From Candidatus Poribacteria bacterium (lineage in GTDB: Bacteria; Poribacteria; WGA-4E; WGA-3G), in the NCBI GenBank assembly GCA_965214095.1, contig OZ243938.1, forward strand, positions 4,448,001-4,512,000: a DNA stretch of 64,000 nt, given 5' to 3'. A program made the position numbers and the translations under genes. Below the pieces are notes generated by a model that did no database searches, was not told the DNA's origin, and saw nothing but the letters and a program-made list of their open reading frames with translations. How positions within the stretch are numbered: the first letter of the stretch is position 1; every line of letters starts with the position of its first letter. Of this stretch, positions 11,081 to 21,603 are shown piece after piece.

Positions 11081-13981
11081 CTATTGTGTTATGATAAATC
11101 GTTTCGTGCTTTTGCTGGTAGCAATCCTCACAACATCTTTCAGATGTCCAATTTTTGCAGCATCCACTCTTGGTGCGTTAAAACGGACAACTTGCTTCAT
11201 CTCTGCTTTCTTTTCAGATTTCTTGTAATCCAACTGAATTTCGGCAATATCAGTGCGGAGTTCATTATTCTGGGGTATCATCCGAATACGATAAGGTGCT
11301 TCCACTTCAACAGTGGTATGGTTTTCAAATGTTAAAGCCTTGCCGAGAACAGCAGGATGGTCACGTTCCTCATCTCGCAACAACTTCGCATACGGATTAC
11401 TAACAACAGGAAGTTCAAGAATGTATTGATCCGCAATCTCATATAAATACTCCTGACAAGACCACGTCAGTTTTATCTTTAATTCCGGACTCATCTCGGT
11501 TATATCAGATATTTCAAAATCCTCAACTTTTGCACGTTCATCTAATTCAAATAAATCACGTAGAAATTGAATCCTTTGATCGCGATGACTTGTAGCTAAC
11601 AGACGTGCACGTAATCTTGAATTGAATTCTCCTGACACACGTAACTCGTGCGTAACCTCAAGACTTCTATCATTTTTGACAATAACATGAGTTTCTGTTT
11701 GACGAATATTTGAGTTTGCAGGAAGCATCGGACTCTTGCGAAAGGCATATAAATGTTGTTTTACTTTATCACCGTCCAGCACTTGATCTTCAACGATAGG
11801 TGCACCTAATTCTTTACCGTCAGCCTTTTGTGCATCTGTATTGATAATCAATGTCCACCTGTCTTGATCACTGGCAGGAAAATCACCATACGCACAAGTA
11901 TGGGCAGTCGGATCAAGCCAAATCAACTCTTTATTTTTGCCACCATCTACTGCCAAAATCATGTGATTGAAATAAGCAAGTGATGGCACATCATGCACAA
12001 TGCGACTTGCCTTACCAGCTGAAATCAGCACAGGATAAGAATCAATCCCTGCAACGCGCAACATCGTTGAAAGCAATGTTGATTTTCCTTTACAATCACC
12101 CCACTCTTTCTTCAGAACTTCACCGGCAGGATAAGGTTTAATCGCCCAAATACCACGTTCATCACCTGCATACCGTATCTTTGAGGCAACAAATTCATAA
12201 AGTCTCTTAATTTTTTCTTCACGTGTAAATGCACCAAAGAGTAACTTTTTCGTTTTTGCTTCTATTTCATCTGTAATCCTATCCTGCTCCCGAATCAATG
12301 TAGCATACCAAGTAACTAATTCATCCCAAGAATCCAGTGATGTCAAGCTAATGCTATATGCTAAATCTGAAACAGCTGGCATCAAAGGTTCACTACGTAA
12401 TGCAGGAACATCTTTCGTCTCAAATGTATAGGTGCGTGTATAGTTATTTTCTGTAATTGTTGGTTCTATCTGTGGTCCATCAACTTCATAATAGAGTTGC
12501 TTCTTCTTAGGTATGTGCGTTGTTAGACGGTAATATTGGATAGGTTCATCAACTTGGAAGAAGACTTGCCGCCAAAACTCACCTTTCATTGCATCCCGCA
12601 GGTTTTTTGCAGAATAAGCATAGTCAATGATACAGCCATCGGAAATCTTAGGTAATTCAAAATACAACAGACGCGTATTGACGAGTAATCCCATTTCAGC
12701 AGCACTTGCGGGTGTAATACCACGAACAATATCACTTTCATCTAATTCTACGCGTGTCCCATCAGGTTGTATGGTTCGCGCATGATGTATCGTGACGTCG
12801 TCTCCTCCTTGGGCATAAGGAATACGGATCTTACCAAGATGGTGTCCATCTTTATTGAATATTTTTACAACCCGACGTGTGGAATGTACACGTTTGCCAT
12901 CCTCATCAAGGTCAAATACCTCTCCTTCCCACAAGATTACTGCACCATCATCAGGATGCTCTGCCTGTGACGGGGCATTTTTTATCCGTGATTGAATCTC
13001 TGCTTCATCAGTTTCACTGATAAAGTTGTAAGGAAGTGAGGATTTTCCCCTCATCCCAGACAGTTCCTGTTCTGCTGTGTTCTCTTCAAGCTCAACATTA
13101 CCATTATCTTGTGTATTTGGAACGGGTAATACATCCGAGTCTTCTTGTTGATTCTGAGCGGTATTTTCTATTTTAGGGAGTGGAATAAGCCGTTTGCCCA
13201 AAAACGTCTTACCAGCGAGCGTGCCTTCTCCGTTCGCTTCTACGTCTTTACGGGAAGCACGACCATCACCATTGTCGTCAAGATGAGGGTGTTCTCCTTG
13301 CATCGCACCATCTTGTTCATACCATTCGTCTATACGGGTCTGCAACCACATATACGCTTCCAACAACGAGATAGAACCATCTATGTTAGTATCCGCAGTT
13401 GGTTCGGAGAAAACATCAACGAAAAGGTCACCAAAACCTGCTTGAGAAGCATATCCTTCTTTTGCTGAACTTGACGTGATAATAATCCTTCCCGTTGCAC
13501 TGATGTCTGTGACGATCCTCGCACTATATTGAAACCCAAAAACAAGCAGCTGTTGTTCTGCACTTATATTGTTTATGTTATCGGTATATTCTTGCTGAGT
13601 TATGTCCCGTCCCGGTAAATTGAATTTCACGCCAGACGAAGTGCGCGTGGCATGTCCAATCATCAATAGGATAAATCTGTCTGTCGGTTGTACCTTTTCT
13701 GCAAGTTGTGTGAATGTATCCAAAACTTTTTCACGTCTTGCTTCTCCATCAACAAGTCCCGGCAGCATGCCGGAATCTTCAAAAAGGAAAGTAATCTGTT
13801 CAGCAGGATAACCGTATTGTTCTGTAAGCAATTGATGAAATCGAGAGGTCGCACTCCAAAACTGGTCATAATAAGATTTCTCGCCACCAGCACCACCGAC
13901 TATTAGAACATAATCTGCTGCAAAAGTCGTTGAGGTTACTATGAGAAAAACGACAATGATTGCTGTGATTGTACTACGCAT
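11081..13981 (-). CDS. Secreted multidomain protein: caspase/C13-like N-terminal domain, DUF3857-like domain and transglutaminase-like domain
   Basis: Signal peptide MRSTITAII..TFA (start chosen from an upstream GGAG); GDCKGKS, FNHMI, WLDPT Cys-His-Asp triad; N-terminal LLMIGHA and HPHLDDNGDG. Confidence 0.75.
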   Translation of the reverse strand: MRSTITAIIVVFLIVTSTTFAADYVLIVGGAGGEKSYYDQFWSATSRFHQLLTEQYGYPAEQITFLFEDSGMLPGLVDGEARREKVLDTFTQLAEKVQPTDRFILLMIGHATRTSSGVKFNLPGRDITQQEYTDNINNISAEQQLLVFGFQYSARIVTDISATGRIIITSSSAKEGYASQAGFGDLFVDVFSEPTADTNIDGSISLLEAYMWLQTRIDEWYEQDGAMQGEHPHLDDNGDGRASRKDVEANGEGTLAGKTFLGKRLIPLPKIENTAQNQQEDSDVLPVPNTQDNGNVELEENTAEQELSGMRGKSSLPYNFISETDEAEIQSRIKNAPSQAEHPDDGAVILWEGEVFDLDEDGKRVHSTRRVVKIFNKDGHHLGKIRIPYAQGGDDVTIHHARTIQPDGTRVELDESDIVRGITPASAAEMGLLVNTRLLYFELPKISDGCIIDYAYSAKNLRDAMKGEFWRQVFFQVDEPIQYYRLTTHIPKKKQLYYEVDGPQIEPTITENNYTRTYTFETKDVPALRSEPLMPAVSDLAYSISLTSLDSWDELVTWYATLIREQDRITDEIEAKTKKLLFGAFTREEKIKRLYEFVASKIRYAGDERGIWAIKPYPAGEVLKKEWGDCKGKSTLLSTMLRVAGIDSYPVLISAGKASRIVHDVPSLAYFNHMILAVDGGKNKELIWLDPTAHTCAYGDFPASDQDRWTLIINTDAQKADGKELGAPIVEDQVLDGDKVKQHLYAFRKSPMLPANSNIRQTETHVIVKNDRSLEVTHELRVSGEFNSRLRARLLATSHRDQRIQFLRDLFELDERAKVEDFEISDITEMSPELKIKLTWSCQEYLYEIADQYILELPVVSNPYAKLLRDEERDHPAVLGKALTFENHTTVEVEAPYRIRMIPQNNELRTDIAEIQLDYKKSEKKAEMKQVVRFNAPRVDAAKIGHLKDVVRIATSKSTKRFIITQ

Positions 13982-14077
13982 TTTTCTTTCTCCGATTAAA
14001 CTTTGTCTGTTGTTGCCAAAAGTTTGGTATTTCGCCATTTATTACAGAACATCTACATGTTTTACATCTTATTCAAA

Positions 14078-14545
14078 TTATAACGCAAAATCTCCGCTCG
14101 TTCCACCTGATTTCTTAACTAACCTTATTCCAGATATACACATCTCTCTATCTACCGCTTTGCACATATCGTATACAGTCAAACCTGCAACGGACACCGC
14201 TGTGAGGGCCTCCATTTCTACGCCTGTTCTGCCGACAGTTTGCACCTCAGCTTCAATCTCAATTTGTTCTTCCACAATTGTCACTTCAACACGGATAGAA
14301 GTGAGATTAAGCGGATGACACAACGGGATAAGATCACTTGTCTTCTTGGCTGCCATATATCCTGCAAGGCGAGCGACTTCTAACACATTCCCTTTCTTCA
14401 TCTGTTGAGCAGAAATAAGTTGCAGCGTTTCTGGTTTGGCAGTCACATGACCCTTGGCAATAGCAGTGCGTAATGATTGCGGTTTACCACCTACATCAAC
14501 CATCCGCGTATTGCCTTTCTCATCAAAATGTGTTAATTCTTTCAT
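14078..14545 (-). CDS. moaC: Cyclic pyranopterin monophosphate synthase MoaC
   Basis: LTHFD..RMVDV, LIPLCHP, TGVEMEALT, YDMCKAVD, KSGG. Confidence 0.97.
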   Translation of the reverse strand: MKELTHFDEKGNTRMVDVGGKPQSLRTAIAKGHVTAKPETLQLISAQQMKKGNVLEVARLAGYMAAKKTSDLIPLCHPLNLTSIRVEVTIVEEQIEIEAEVQTVGRTGVEMEALTAVSVAGLTVYDMCKAVDREMCISGIRLVKKSGGTSGDFAL

Positions 14546-16179
14546 AGGGGATTTTCATTAATGATTTTTTCGTAGGTTTCGCGAAATTTTTGGATATAAT
14601 TGCTGTCACCATGATATGCTATAACATCAGTCGGGTTGGGGTGTATGAGTTCGCCTCGTTTTTGCACATTAGCACTAAAGTCTTCCACGTCAAACGTTTC
14701 ACCAATATGTTGACAATATCCTTTCGCGCCAGCAACAGCTGCCCCAAGTGCAGCACCACCTTTTTCTATAGAGGCTACGGGACGGTTCCAAATTCCAGCA
14801 ACACGTCGCATAATCTGTTCACTGCCAGTCGCACCGCCTGTTACATACAAAGGTTCTTGCGAAGGTTTTGTAAAGACTTTGGAATAGATATACACAGCTG
14901 TCAGACTTGTCTCTATTACACCAGTATAGTCATTAGCCAAATTTGCTGTATCAGATTCATCTATCCGAATCAAATCAAATGCCCCTGACACAGGAAACGA
15001 CTCTGTCTTCGGTTGCCAAAAAGTCAGATTATTGCCGGGGGACACCTCTTGCAAAGCAGATTCCGCTGGTTCATATTCCTCTTTAGCAAGTCCGTAATTA
15101 TTTCTAACAGCGTCCCACACCATAGCCCCGTTCGTGCGGCATCCAAACATAAACGGACGACCAATACCATCATACATAGCATTTGCAAACCCTTCAGGAT
15201 CAAGTGTATCACCATCTGTTGATACCATATTGACAAAACTTGTGCCAAGACTGAGAAGGTCTCCCGCAACAGGAACTTTCGCCTGTGGATTGTCTCCTGA
15301 ACCAGCAATAATCGCACAATCTGCTGAGAAACCGTATTTCTCTACAAAATACGTAGCGATATTTCCAACAACAGAATCTGGTGGAGCAAGTTCTGGCAAT
15401 TTACTTCGTAATCCTTCCGATCCTCCCGGTAAATCATCGGCAGTTGCAGAAAGCAATTTTGAATCCCACTCTTTACTACGATAGTTCATCAGCGACATAC
15501 CGCATCCATTGCCTGTGTCAATAGGAACTATCGGATTAGCACACAGTACTGCCGGAATAAAACTACTGATGAGTTGGATTTTATCTGTTGCAGCATAAGA
15601 ACGTGATGATTGTTCTCCAACACGACGAATCACAGCACCTGTAAACCTGAGCGGTGCATCGGAACCAGAACGTTCTATCATCTCCGCTTTTCCACCGACC
15701 GCTTCTCTCACATGTTTGGTCTGTTCAACAGTATTAGCAGTCATCCAGATAGGAGCAGAATAATATGAAAAGATACCACCTAAAAGCGTTTTTAGTGCTA
15801 ACGTACAACTTTCTGCTCTCTGTAGGTTAGAAAGTATAATCCCAGCGTTCTTGTTCAGATACACATGTCCATGTTGCTGTCCAGATGTGTTGATAGCAAC
15901 GATATTCTCTAAAGCAACGCCTGCCTCACGTATATCTGCAAATACCGCATCGAGTGATGCCATATACATCAATGGAGGTTGTTCCGCTTCACCATCAGAC
16001 TTCGGGGGCAAGATATAATCCTCTCCAATACCGAAACTGTTCGTACGCTCATCAGCACGATAATCAATGGAGTGTTCAAAACACTTCTCAGCAGTATCTA
16101 CATCAATAACGAATGCCGACAAACTCTGTGTACTTGAGTCTAAACCCAGTGAAAGTCGTTGATTTTCTTGATTTGCCAC
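14542..16179 (-). CDS. FGGY carbohydrate kinase, xylulokinase-like
   Basis: LGLDSSTQS, SGQQHG, RFTG, GSGDNP, SLGTS, VTGGA. Confidence 0.85.
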   Translation of the reverse strand: MANQENQRLSLGLDSSTQSLSAFVIDVDTAEKCFEHSIDYRADERTNSFGIGEDYILPPKSDGEAEQPPLMYMASLDAVFADIREAGVALENIVAINTSGQQHGHVYLNKNAGIILSNLQRAESCTLALKTLLGGIFSYYSAPIWMTANTVEQTKHVREAVGGKAEMIERSGSDAPLRFTGAVIRRVGEQSSRSYAATDKIQLISSFIPAVLCANPIVPIDTGNGCGMSLMNYRSKEWDSKLLSATADDLPGGSEGLRSKLPELAPPDSVVGNIATYFVEKYGFSADCAIIAGSGDNPQAKVPVAGDLLSLGTSFVNMVSTDGDTLDPEGFANAMYDGIGRPFMFGCRTNGAMVWDAVRNNYGLAKEEYEPAESALQEVSPGNNLTFWQPKTESFPVSGAFDLIRIDESDTANLANDYTGVIETSLTAVYIYSKVFTKPSQEPLYVTGGATGSEQIMRRVAGIWNRPVASIEKGGAALGAAVAGAKGYCQHIGETFDVEDFSANVQKRGELIHPNPTDVIAYHGDSNYIQKFRETYEKIINENPL

Positions 16180-16313
16180 TTACTACATTCCTTTCAAGTT
16201 CGGTACTCTGTTCCTTCTTGGTAACGCTCTTTACCAGTAGTCTCTAACAAGCGTTGATAGACTGAAAATTCTTACACGATCCCCACCTGTATAAATTCAG
16301 AAATTGCTGGTTC

Positions 16314-16338
16314 GTAGTCGCGCAATTTATTGCGCCTC
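16314..16338 (+). repeat. REP-like hairpin, family A
   Basis: GTAGTCGCGCAATTTATTGCGCCTC. Confidence 0.85.
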
Positions 16339-16387
16339 GGACATTCCAGTTCAAAGGGGTTATTGACCTATAGAATCGCTCGTATTA

Positions 16388-17344
16388 TCAATTTCCAGGA
16401 TAAGTACGATTTTCCAATTCTGCAATGAATTTCTCTGATGCAATTGCTGCCGCCGCACCCGCACCTGCAGCAGTTATCGCCTGACGAAACACATGATCAT
16501 GAACATCTCCTGCAGCAAATACACCATCAATGTTCGTCCGTTGCATCTCATCAACGATGATATAACCTTGGTCGTCCATAATTATGACATCTGTGAACAA
16601 CTCAGTGTTCGGAATATGTCCTATAAAGATAAACACACCATCAATCGGAAAAAGTTCAGTCGCACCTGTCTTGACATTTTTGAGTTTTGCACCAGTCACC
16701 TTTTCGTCATTACCACATATTTCCTCAACGACGGTATCCCAAATAAACTTGATTTTATCGTTTTTGAATGCACGTTCCTGCATTATTTGACTGGCACGTA
16801 GTTGGTCGCGACGGTGGACGACATACACTTCGGATGCGTATTTCGTCAAAAAGATACCTTCTTCCAAAGCAGCATCCCCGCCTCCCACAACGATAAGTCG
16901 CTGATCCTGAAAGAAAAAGCCATCGCAAGTTGCACAGTAGGACACACCACGACCTCCATATCCCTCTTCACCTGGTATATCAAGAGTACGCGGGGAAGCT
17001 CCTGTGCATACAATCACAGATTTCGCATGGTACTCTTTACCGTATGTTTTCACGACAAACGGATGTTTCTCGAAATCTACAGAGGTTACTGTGTCAAATT
17101 GGACTTCAGTTCCAAACCTTTCCGCCTGTTCCTGCATGCCTTGAATAAAGACTGATGCTTCATTACCAAAAAAGCCAGGATAATTCTCAAGGTCAAGTGT
17201 TAATGAAAGTTGACCACCCAATGCTTCACCTGTAATAAGAATAGGTTCCAACATTGCACGAGAGGTGTAGACTCCCGCAGCAAATCCTGCAGTACCACCA
17301 CCTATTATCACTATATTTCTATTTTCTATGTTGTTTGTATTCAT
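16388..17344 (-). CDS. trxB: Thioredoxin-disulfide reductase
   Basis: IIGGGTAG, GVSYCATCDG, VGGGDAALEE, HRRD, FAAGD. Confidence 0.96.
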   Translation of the reverse strand: MNTNNIENRNIVIIGGGTAGFAAGVYTSRAMLEPILITGEALGGQLSLTLDLENYPGFFGNEASVFIQGMQEQAERFGTEVQFDTVTSVDFEKHPFVVKTYGKEYHAKSVIVCTGASPRTLDIPGEEGYGGRGVSYCATCDGFFFQDQRLIVVGGGDAALEEGIFLTKYASEVYVVHRRDQLRASQIMQERAFKNDKIKFIWDTVVEEICGNDEKVTGAKLKNVKTGATELFPIDGVFIFIGHIPNTELFTDVIIMDDQGYIIVDEMQRTNIDGVFAAGDVHDHVFRQAITAAGAGAAAAIASEKFIAELENRTYPGN

Positions 17345-17395
17345 TTTCTTTATTCTATCTTATAGACTTAATGATTTATAATAGTCAAGATATTA

Positions 17396-18232
17396 TTACG
17401 ACATCATTGGCATTACATTCATTCTCGGAATCCCATCAACAATTGGATAGGACTTCTCACAGTTCTGGCAAAGAATACGATGTGCTTCCCACAAAATGTC
17501 AGCTTTACACTTCGGACAGGCAAGAATGTCCTTGAGTGTTTTCGTCGGTCGACCTATCCGGCTTCTCGCAAAAAGTGATTTCGCAAATGACACAATACCA
17601 CGAGGAACAATACTTTTGAACATCAACCATAATTCTTTATGGATCTGTTCTGTTGAATCAAATGTTAATAATCTCTCTATAGTTTTCGGACAAGACAAAT
17701 TGATTGGTGAATCTGACTTACGCAAAATCTCGTAGTTAATCGTCCTTTCCCACTCGTATTGGACAAGGAACAGGTCGTGGTGCATAATATGAAACTTTCT
17801 CCAATACTTGTCTTGTGCAGCTAAAGTATGGAAAAGCTGACCAAATTCTGCACGCTTTGGGTTCTTGTATAAAACCAGACGACCATTGATCCGGTTCACT
17901 ACCCAATTGTGATAATGCCATCCGTAAATCCGTTCTCCTATTTCTGATGGAGTTTCAATATAACCTCTTGATGAAACACGCATCATTTCGGAAAGAAGTC
18001 TGTCAGGATTTTCAACGTGTTCTAATACATGCAAACAGATAACGTAATCAAAGGCACCGTCTGCAAATGGTAGAAATTGCCCATCAGCTTCTACCATCGG
18101 ACGATCTGTCACAATCATGCCACCACGTTGTTCGTCATCATCAATGAACTTATCACATAGGACATCTGAGCGAACATTTGGATTGTGACCACTGCCAATT
18201 TCTAATACGAAATCATCTGCACGAATGTTCAT
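17396..18232 (-). CDS. Class I SAM methyltransferase with C-terminal Trm112-like domain
   Basis: VLEIGSG, LPFADGAFD, HVLEH; C-terminal ILACPKCK..CQNC..YPIVDGIP. Confidence 0.8.
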   Translation of the reverse strand: MNIRADDFVLEIGSGHNPNVRSDVLCDKFIDDDEQRGGMIVTDRPMVEADGQFLPFADGAFDYVICLHVLEHVENPDRLLSEMMRVSSRGYIETPSEIGERIYGWHYHNWVVNRINGRLVLYKNPKRAEFGQLFHTLAAQDKYWRKFHIMHHDLFLVQYEWERTINYEILRKSDSPINLSCPKTIERLLTFDSTEQIHKELWLMFKSIVPRGIVSFAKSLFARSRIGRPTKTLKDILACPKCKADILWEAHRILCQNCEKSYPIVDGIPRMNVMPMMS

Positions 18233-19059
18233 TTTTGCACTACCATTGTAATATAGGGGCTAAGATATGGAATCATATTTGCAACTAATCTCCCTTTTAA
18301 GCCAAACCCAACGGCTTTCTTTACTATCCTGAACCCATGCATCTTAAAATAGTAGGCAATATCAATAGGGTTAGCATAATATGCACTGTCTGCGTCCCCA
18401 CCGATAGCGTCCACTTCTAAAGCCGGTTCTCGATATAAAAAACGCGGGCTTTTAGTAAAGTATCGTTTATTGAAATAGAGTCTACAATTATGTATGAACT
18501 GCTGAAATGCTTGTTGTTTCGTCTCTGCCCATACAGGTCTTCCCTGTTTGCCACGTATCAATCGTATCCAATCGAGAAAAGGTGTTATAGGTGAACAGAG
18601 ATTTGGACCAGAAATCACTACCACGCCACCTTTACGAACAACACGAACCATCTCCGATAATGCCGTTTCTACATCAGGAAGATGTTCTACAAGTTCATTT
18701 GAACAGATAACATCAAAAGACTCGTCGGCAAAAGGCAACTCCAAAACATCACAAACTTCATACTGTAACGTAGGATTTTCCCATTTTCGCGCATCTTCCA
18801 AGAATAGAGAGGATATATCTGTTCCAACCACATCAAATCCCGACTGATTTAGCAAACGAGATGATATGCCGTTCCCACAACCAAGATCCAAAATCTTACC
18901 ATCCTGCGGAATAAATCGGGTGACTAATTCTACATAATGTCGGAGATAAGTTTCATCATGCGCAGCTAACAAGTCTTTGTAGGATTCCGATGTTTCGTAA
19001 AACTCACGCATCCGCTGCCTGAGTTCTAAGGATGATTCAGAAACTGATGTGCCAACCAT
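18229..19059 (-). CDS. Class I SAM-dependent methyltransferase
   Basis: ILDLGCGNG, LPFADESFD. Confidence 0.88.
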   Translation of the reverse strand: MVGTSVSESSLELRQRMREFYETSESYKDLLAAHDETYLRHYVELVTRFIPQDGKILDLGCGNGISSRLLNQSGFDVVGTDISSLFLEDARKWENPTLQYEVCDVLELPFADESFDVICSNELVEHLPDVETALSEMVRVVRKGGVVVISGPNLCSPITPFLDWIRLIRGKQGRPVWAETKQQAFQQFIHNCRLYFNKRYFTKSPRFLYREPALEVDAIGGDADSAYYANPIDIAYYFKMHGFRIVKKAVGFGLKGRLVANMIPYLSPYITMVVQK

Positions 19060-19083
19060 TGTATTCTAATCCCGTAATGTTAC

Positions 19084-19485
19084 TTATTTACGTAGCGTAT
19101 TCCAAGGGGCTTCATCAAATACGTCAATCAATTGATATCCTTCTTCACCCATGCTCGGACTTAGCGTTACAAACAACTTCGCAGGTTGATCCGACACATT
19201 AAAGGAGGCATGTACCACATCTGCAGCTATAAAAACAGAATCACCCGCATTCAATACTTGCTTCTTATCCTCTAACCACTGTTCCACACTACCCTCAATG
19301 ACGTATATCACCTCTTCTTGGTCTGGATGTTTATGAAAGTCATGTCCGAAACCCGGAGAAAGACTAACTTCCATTGCAACAATATCTTTCCCGCCAGTCG
19401 TAGCAGGACGACTCAACCAACCAATCGTCCCCCAATCTAATTCATCTCTTTCAACTTCTGCAGATACTATAAATTTTCCATTCAT
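19084..19485 (-). CDS. Cupin domain protein
   Basis: HDFHKHPDQEE and GDSVFI..VVH motifs; start placed at MNGK after GGAG. Confidence 0.85.
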   Translation of the reverse strand: MNGKFIVSAEVERDELDWGTIGWLSRPATTGGKDIVAMEVSLSPGFGHDFHKHPDQEEVIYVIEGSVEQWLEDKKQVLNAGDSVFIAADVVHASFNVSDQPAKLFVTLSPSMGEEGYQLIDVFDEAPWNTLRK

Positions 19486-19556
19486 TCGTGAGTTCACTCC
19501 TTTGAAAAAAATACCACTTCTAATAAATAACATACCCTTCAAGAAAAAGACTGTTC

Positions 19557-19581
19557 GTAGTCGCGCAATTCATTGCGCCTC
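19557..19581 (+). repeat. REP-like hairpin, family A
   Basis: GTAGTCGCGCAATTCATTGCGCCTC, directly next to a family B element. Confidence 0.85.
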
Positions 19582-19588
19582 GGACATT

Positions 19589-19725
19589 TATAGTAAAAGT
19601 CATAATTATTTACACACGACGGTAGGTTCGGTTTCCTAACCGAACCGGTGTTTGTTCAGCCGCCTAGATGCGGTTAGGAAACCGCATCTACCGGGAATGT
19701 GCACATATTTTTTGATTTCACTATA
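19589..19725 (-). repeat. REPIN/MITE-like element, family B, complete copy
   Basis: Inverted ends TATAGTAAAA...TTTCACTATA; reverse complement of the 10912 copy. Confidence 0.88.
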
Positions 19726-19793
19726 ATGTAAAAAGAGAAATTCAATTTTAGAAATGCTATATCAGACTATACAACAAAATCCTACATAATTTC

Positions 19794-19828
19794 AAAAATG
19801 TAGGTGAACCCAACAGAGTTCACCTACA
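19794..19828 (-). terminator. Probable intrinsic terminator after the LamG cluster
   Basis: TGTAGGTGAAC/GTTCACCTACA stem followed by a T-run on the minus strand. Confidence 0.65.
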
Positions 19829-19857
19829 TAAAAGAATTAAACTAATAGTGCTTCCTG

Positions 19858-20628
19858 TTACTTGTTAGACTTGATGGTACCCCAGGTAGTGGCTAATTTG
19901 TCCAGTGCCTCAACAGCAGTACCACGTTCAACACCGATATTCATCTCTCGAATTACTTCCTCTTCACTGAGGGCACGGCTCCAGATACGCACTTCATCAA
20001 TCAAACCGAGGAACCTTCTGTTTGCACCTTCCGCAGTTGTTCCGACAAAGACTGCAGACGTATCCGCAGTACCGGGTAGAGCACTTTTTCCAGGAAATTC
20101 ACCGATGTTTTCTCCATTCAGCCAAAACCTGTGCACGCCATCATCAACTTGACCAACAACATGCTGCCACTCATTAAGTGGGATCATGGTTGCACAGGTA
20201 CTACCGCCACCTGCACTTAAGTGTAGACATTCACTGGGTGATTCAGTATAGAAACTATATGAACGCGGACTGTTACCTTTCGCGACAATCCCTTGCCAAC
20301 GTTGGTTATTAGGTCCCATGTGTCTTTCAGCATTTATCCAGGCCATCACAGTTACACTTGTTTCAACTGTAAGAATATCGTCATGTGGTACTTCTACCCA
20401 ATCAGTCTCACCATTAAATTTCATGGCGTTCCCGAACTTTCCATCTGCTAACTGCGGAGACCCCATGATTTCACCATCATTCCCATATTGAGAATGATCT
20501 ATAGCAGTACTTCCATCTACTTCATCAAACGAGAAATATAGGATAAGAGATTCCTCGGAATCTACTGCTGCATGCGCAAATGACGCTACAAATAGAACAA
20601 GTATTGATAATAAAATCATATACCTCAT
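19858..20628 (-). CDS. Secreted LamG-like jellyroll domain protein
   Basis: Signal peptide; LYFSFDE, GKFGNA, GLIDEVRIW; tail VEALDKLATTWGTIK. Confidence 0.88.
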   Translation of the reverse strand: MRYMILLSILVLFVASFAHAAVDSEESLILYFSFDEVDGSTAIDHSQYGNDGEIMGSPQLADGKFGNAMKFNGETDWVEVPHDDILTVETSVTVMAWINAERHMGPNNQRWQGIVAKGNSPRSYSFYTESPSECLHLSAGGGSTCATMIPLNEWQHVVGQVDDGVHRFWLNGENIGEFPGKSALPGTADTSAVFVGTTAEGANRRFLGLIDEVRIWSRALSEEEVIREMNIGVERGTAVEALDKLATTWGTIKSNK

Positions 20629-20718
20629 TGTTGATTTTTCCTCCAAATCTTATTTTCTTCAAGTAATCTTGAAGTCGTTTTATATAGATTATTAAAATAG
20701 TTAATTACAAAAGTGTAA

Positions 20719-21510
20719 TTACTTTATTTGGCCTTTTATTGTCCCCCAAGTAGTTGCAACTTTATGTCGTGGATCAACTGGGAAGAGCTCAAAATGTCCT
20801 TTATCCATCTGTTCATTGACCTCTTCTTCAGAAAGGGCACGGTTCCAAACACGAACCTCATCAATTAATCCGAGTAACAACCGTCCTGCACCTTCCGCTG
20901 TAGTACCGATGAAGACATTTGATGTATCACCACCACCCGGAAGATTCGCTTTACCCCCACTTTCACCAGCTATCTCACCATTGACCCAATACCGGTGTAT
21001 ACCAGCTTCCTGATGTACTGCGACATGAACCCATTCATTTAATGCAATCGCAGTATTACAGGTACTACCAGTAAAACCACCCGCAGGACCGATACTGAAG
21101 TGAAGACACATTGTTGGTAAATGTGTATAAAAACTATAAGAACGCGGACTATTTCCTTTTGCAACGATTCCTTGCCAATTTACGCCACCAGGTCCTGAGT
21201 GTCTTTCAACATTGATCCAAGCCATTGCTGTAACATCCTTATCAACAGTAAGACTTTCATGGTGTGGAATTTCAACCCATTGGCTTGAGCCATCAAGCTC
21301 AATTGCCTTTCCATGTTTACCATTAGCTAATTCCGGGTTGCCCTTCAATTCACCGTGATTCTCATACTTGGAATGGTCAATTGCCATATCATCATCGCTA
21401 AGGTTGTCAAATGAGACATAAAGAATTAGCGAATCTTCCGGCTCATTCAGTGCATGGACAAATGGTACCACAAGCATTGCAATTAATATAATAACAATTA
21501 TATTTTTCAT
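20719..21510 (-). CDS. Secreted LamG-like jellyroll domain protein
   Basis: Paralog of its neighbours; GLIDEVRVWNRALS; tail VDPRHKVATTWGTIK. Confidence 0.88.
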   Translation of the reverse strand: MKNIIVIILIAMLVVPFVHALNEPEDSLILYVSFDNLSDDDMAIDHSKYENHGELKGNPELANGKHGKAIELDGSSQWVEIPHHESLTVDKDVTAMAWINVERHSGPGGVNWQGIVAKGNSPRSYSFYTHLPTMCLHFSIGPAGGFTGSTCNTAIALNEWVHVAVHQEAGIHRYWVNGEIAGESGGKANLPGGGDTSNVFIGTTAEGAGRLLLGLIDEVRVWNRALSEEEVNEQMDKGHFELFPVDPRHKVATTWGTIKGQIK

Positions 21511-21603
21511 TTTTCTCCTTTTATTTATTAGAGTGTTCTATAGGTTTTCAAATCTATCCTACAGATACACTTATAAGGACGATACAATATGAACGTCCTT
21601 GTT

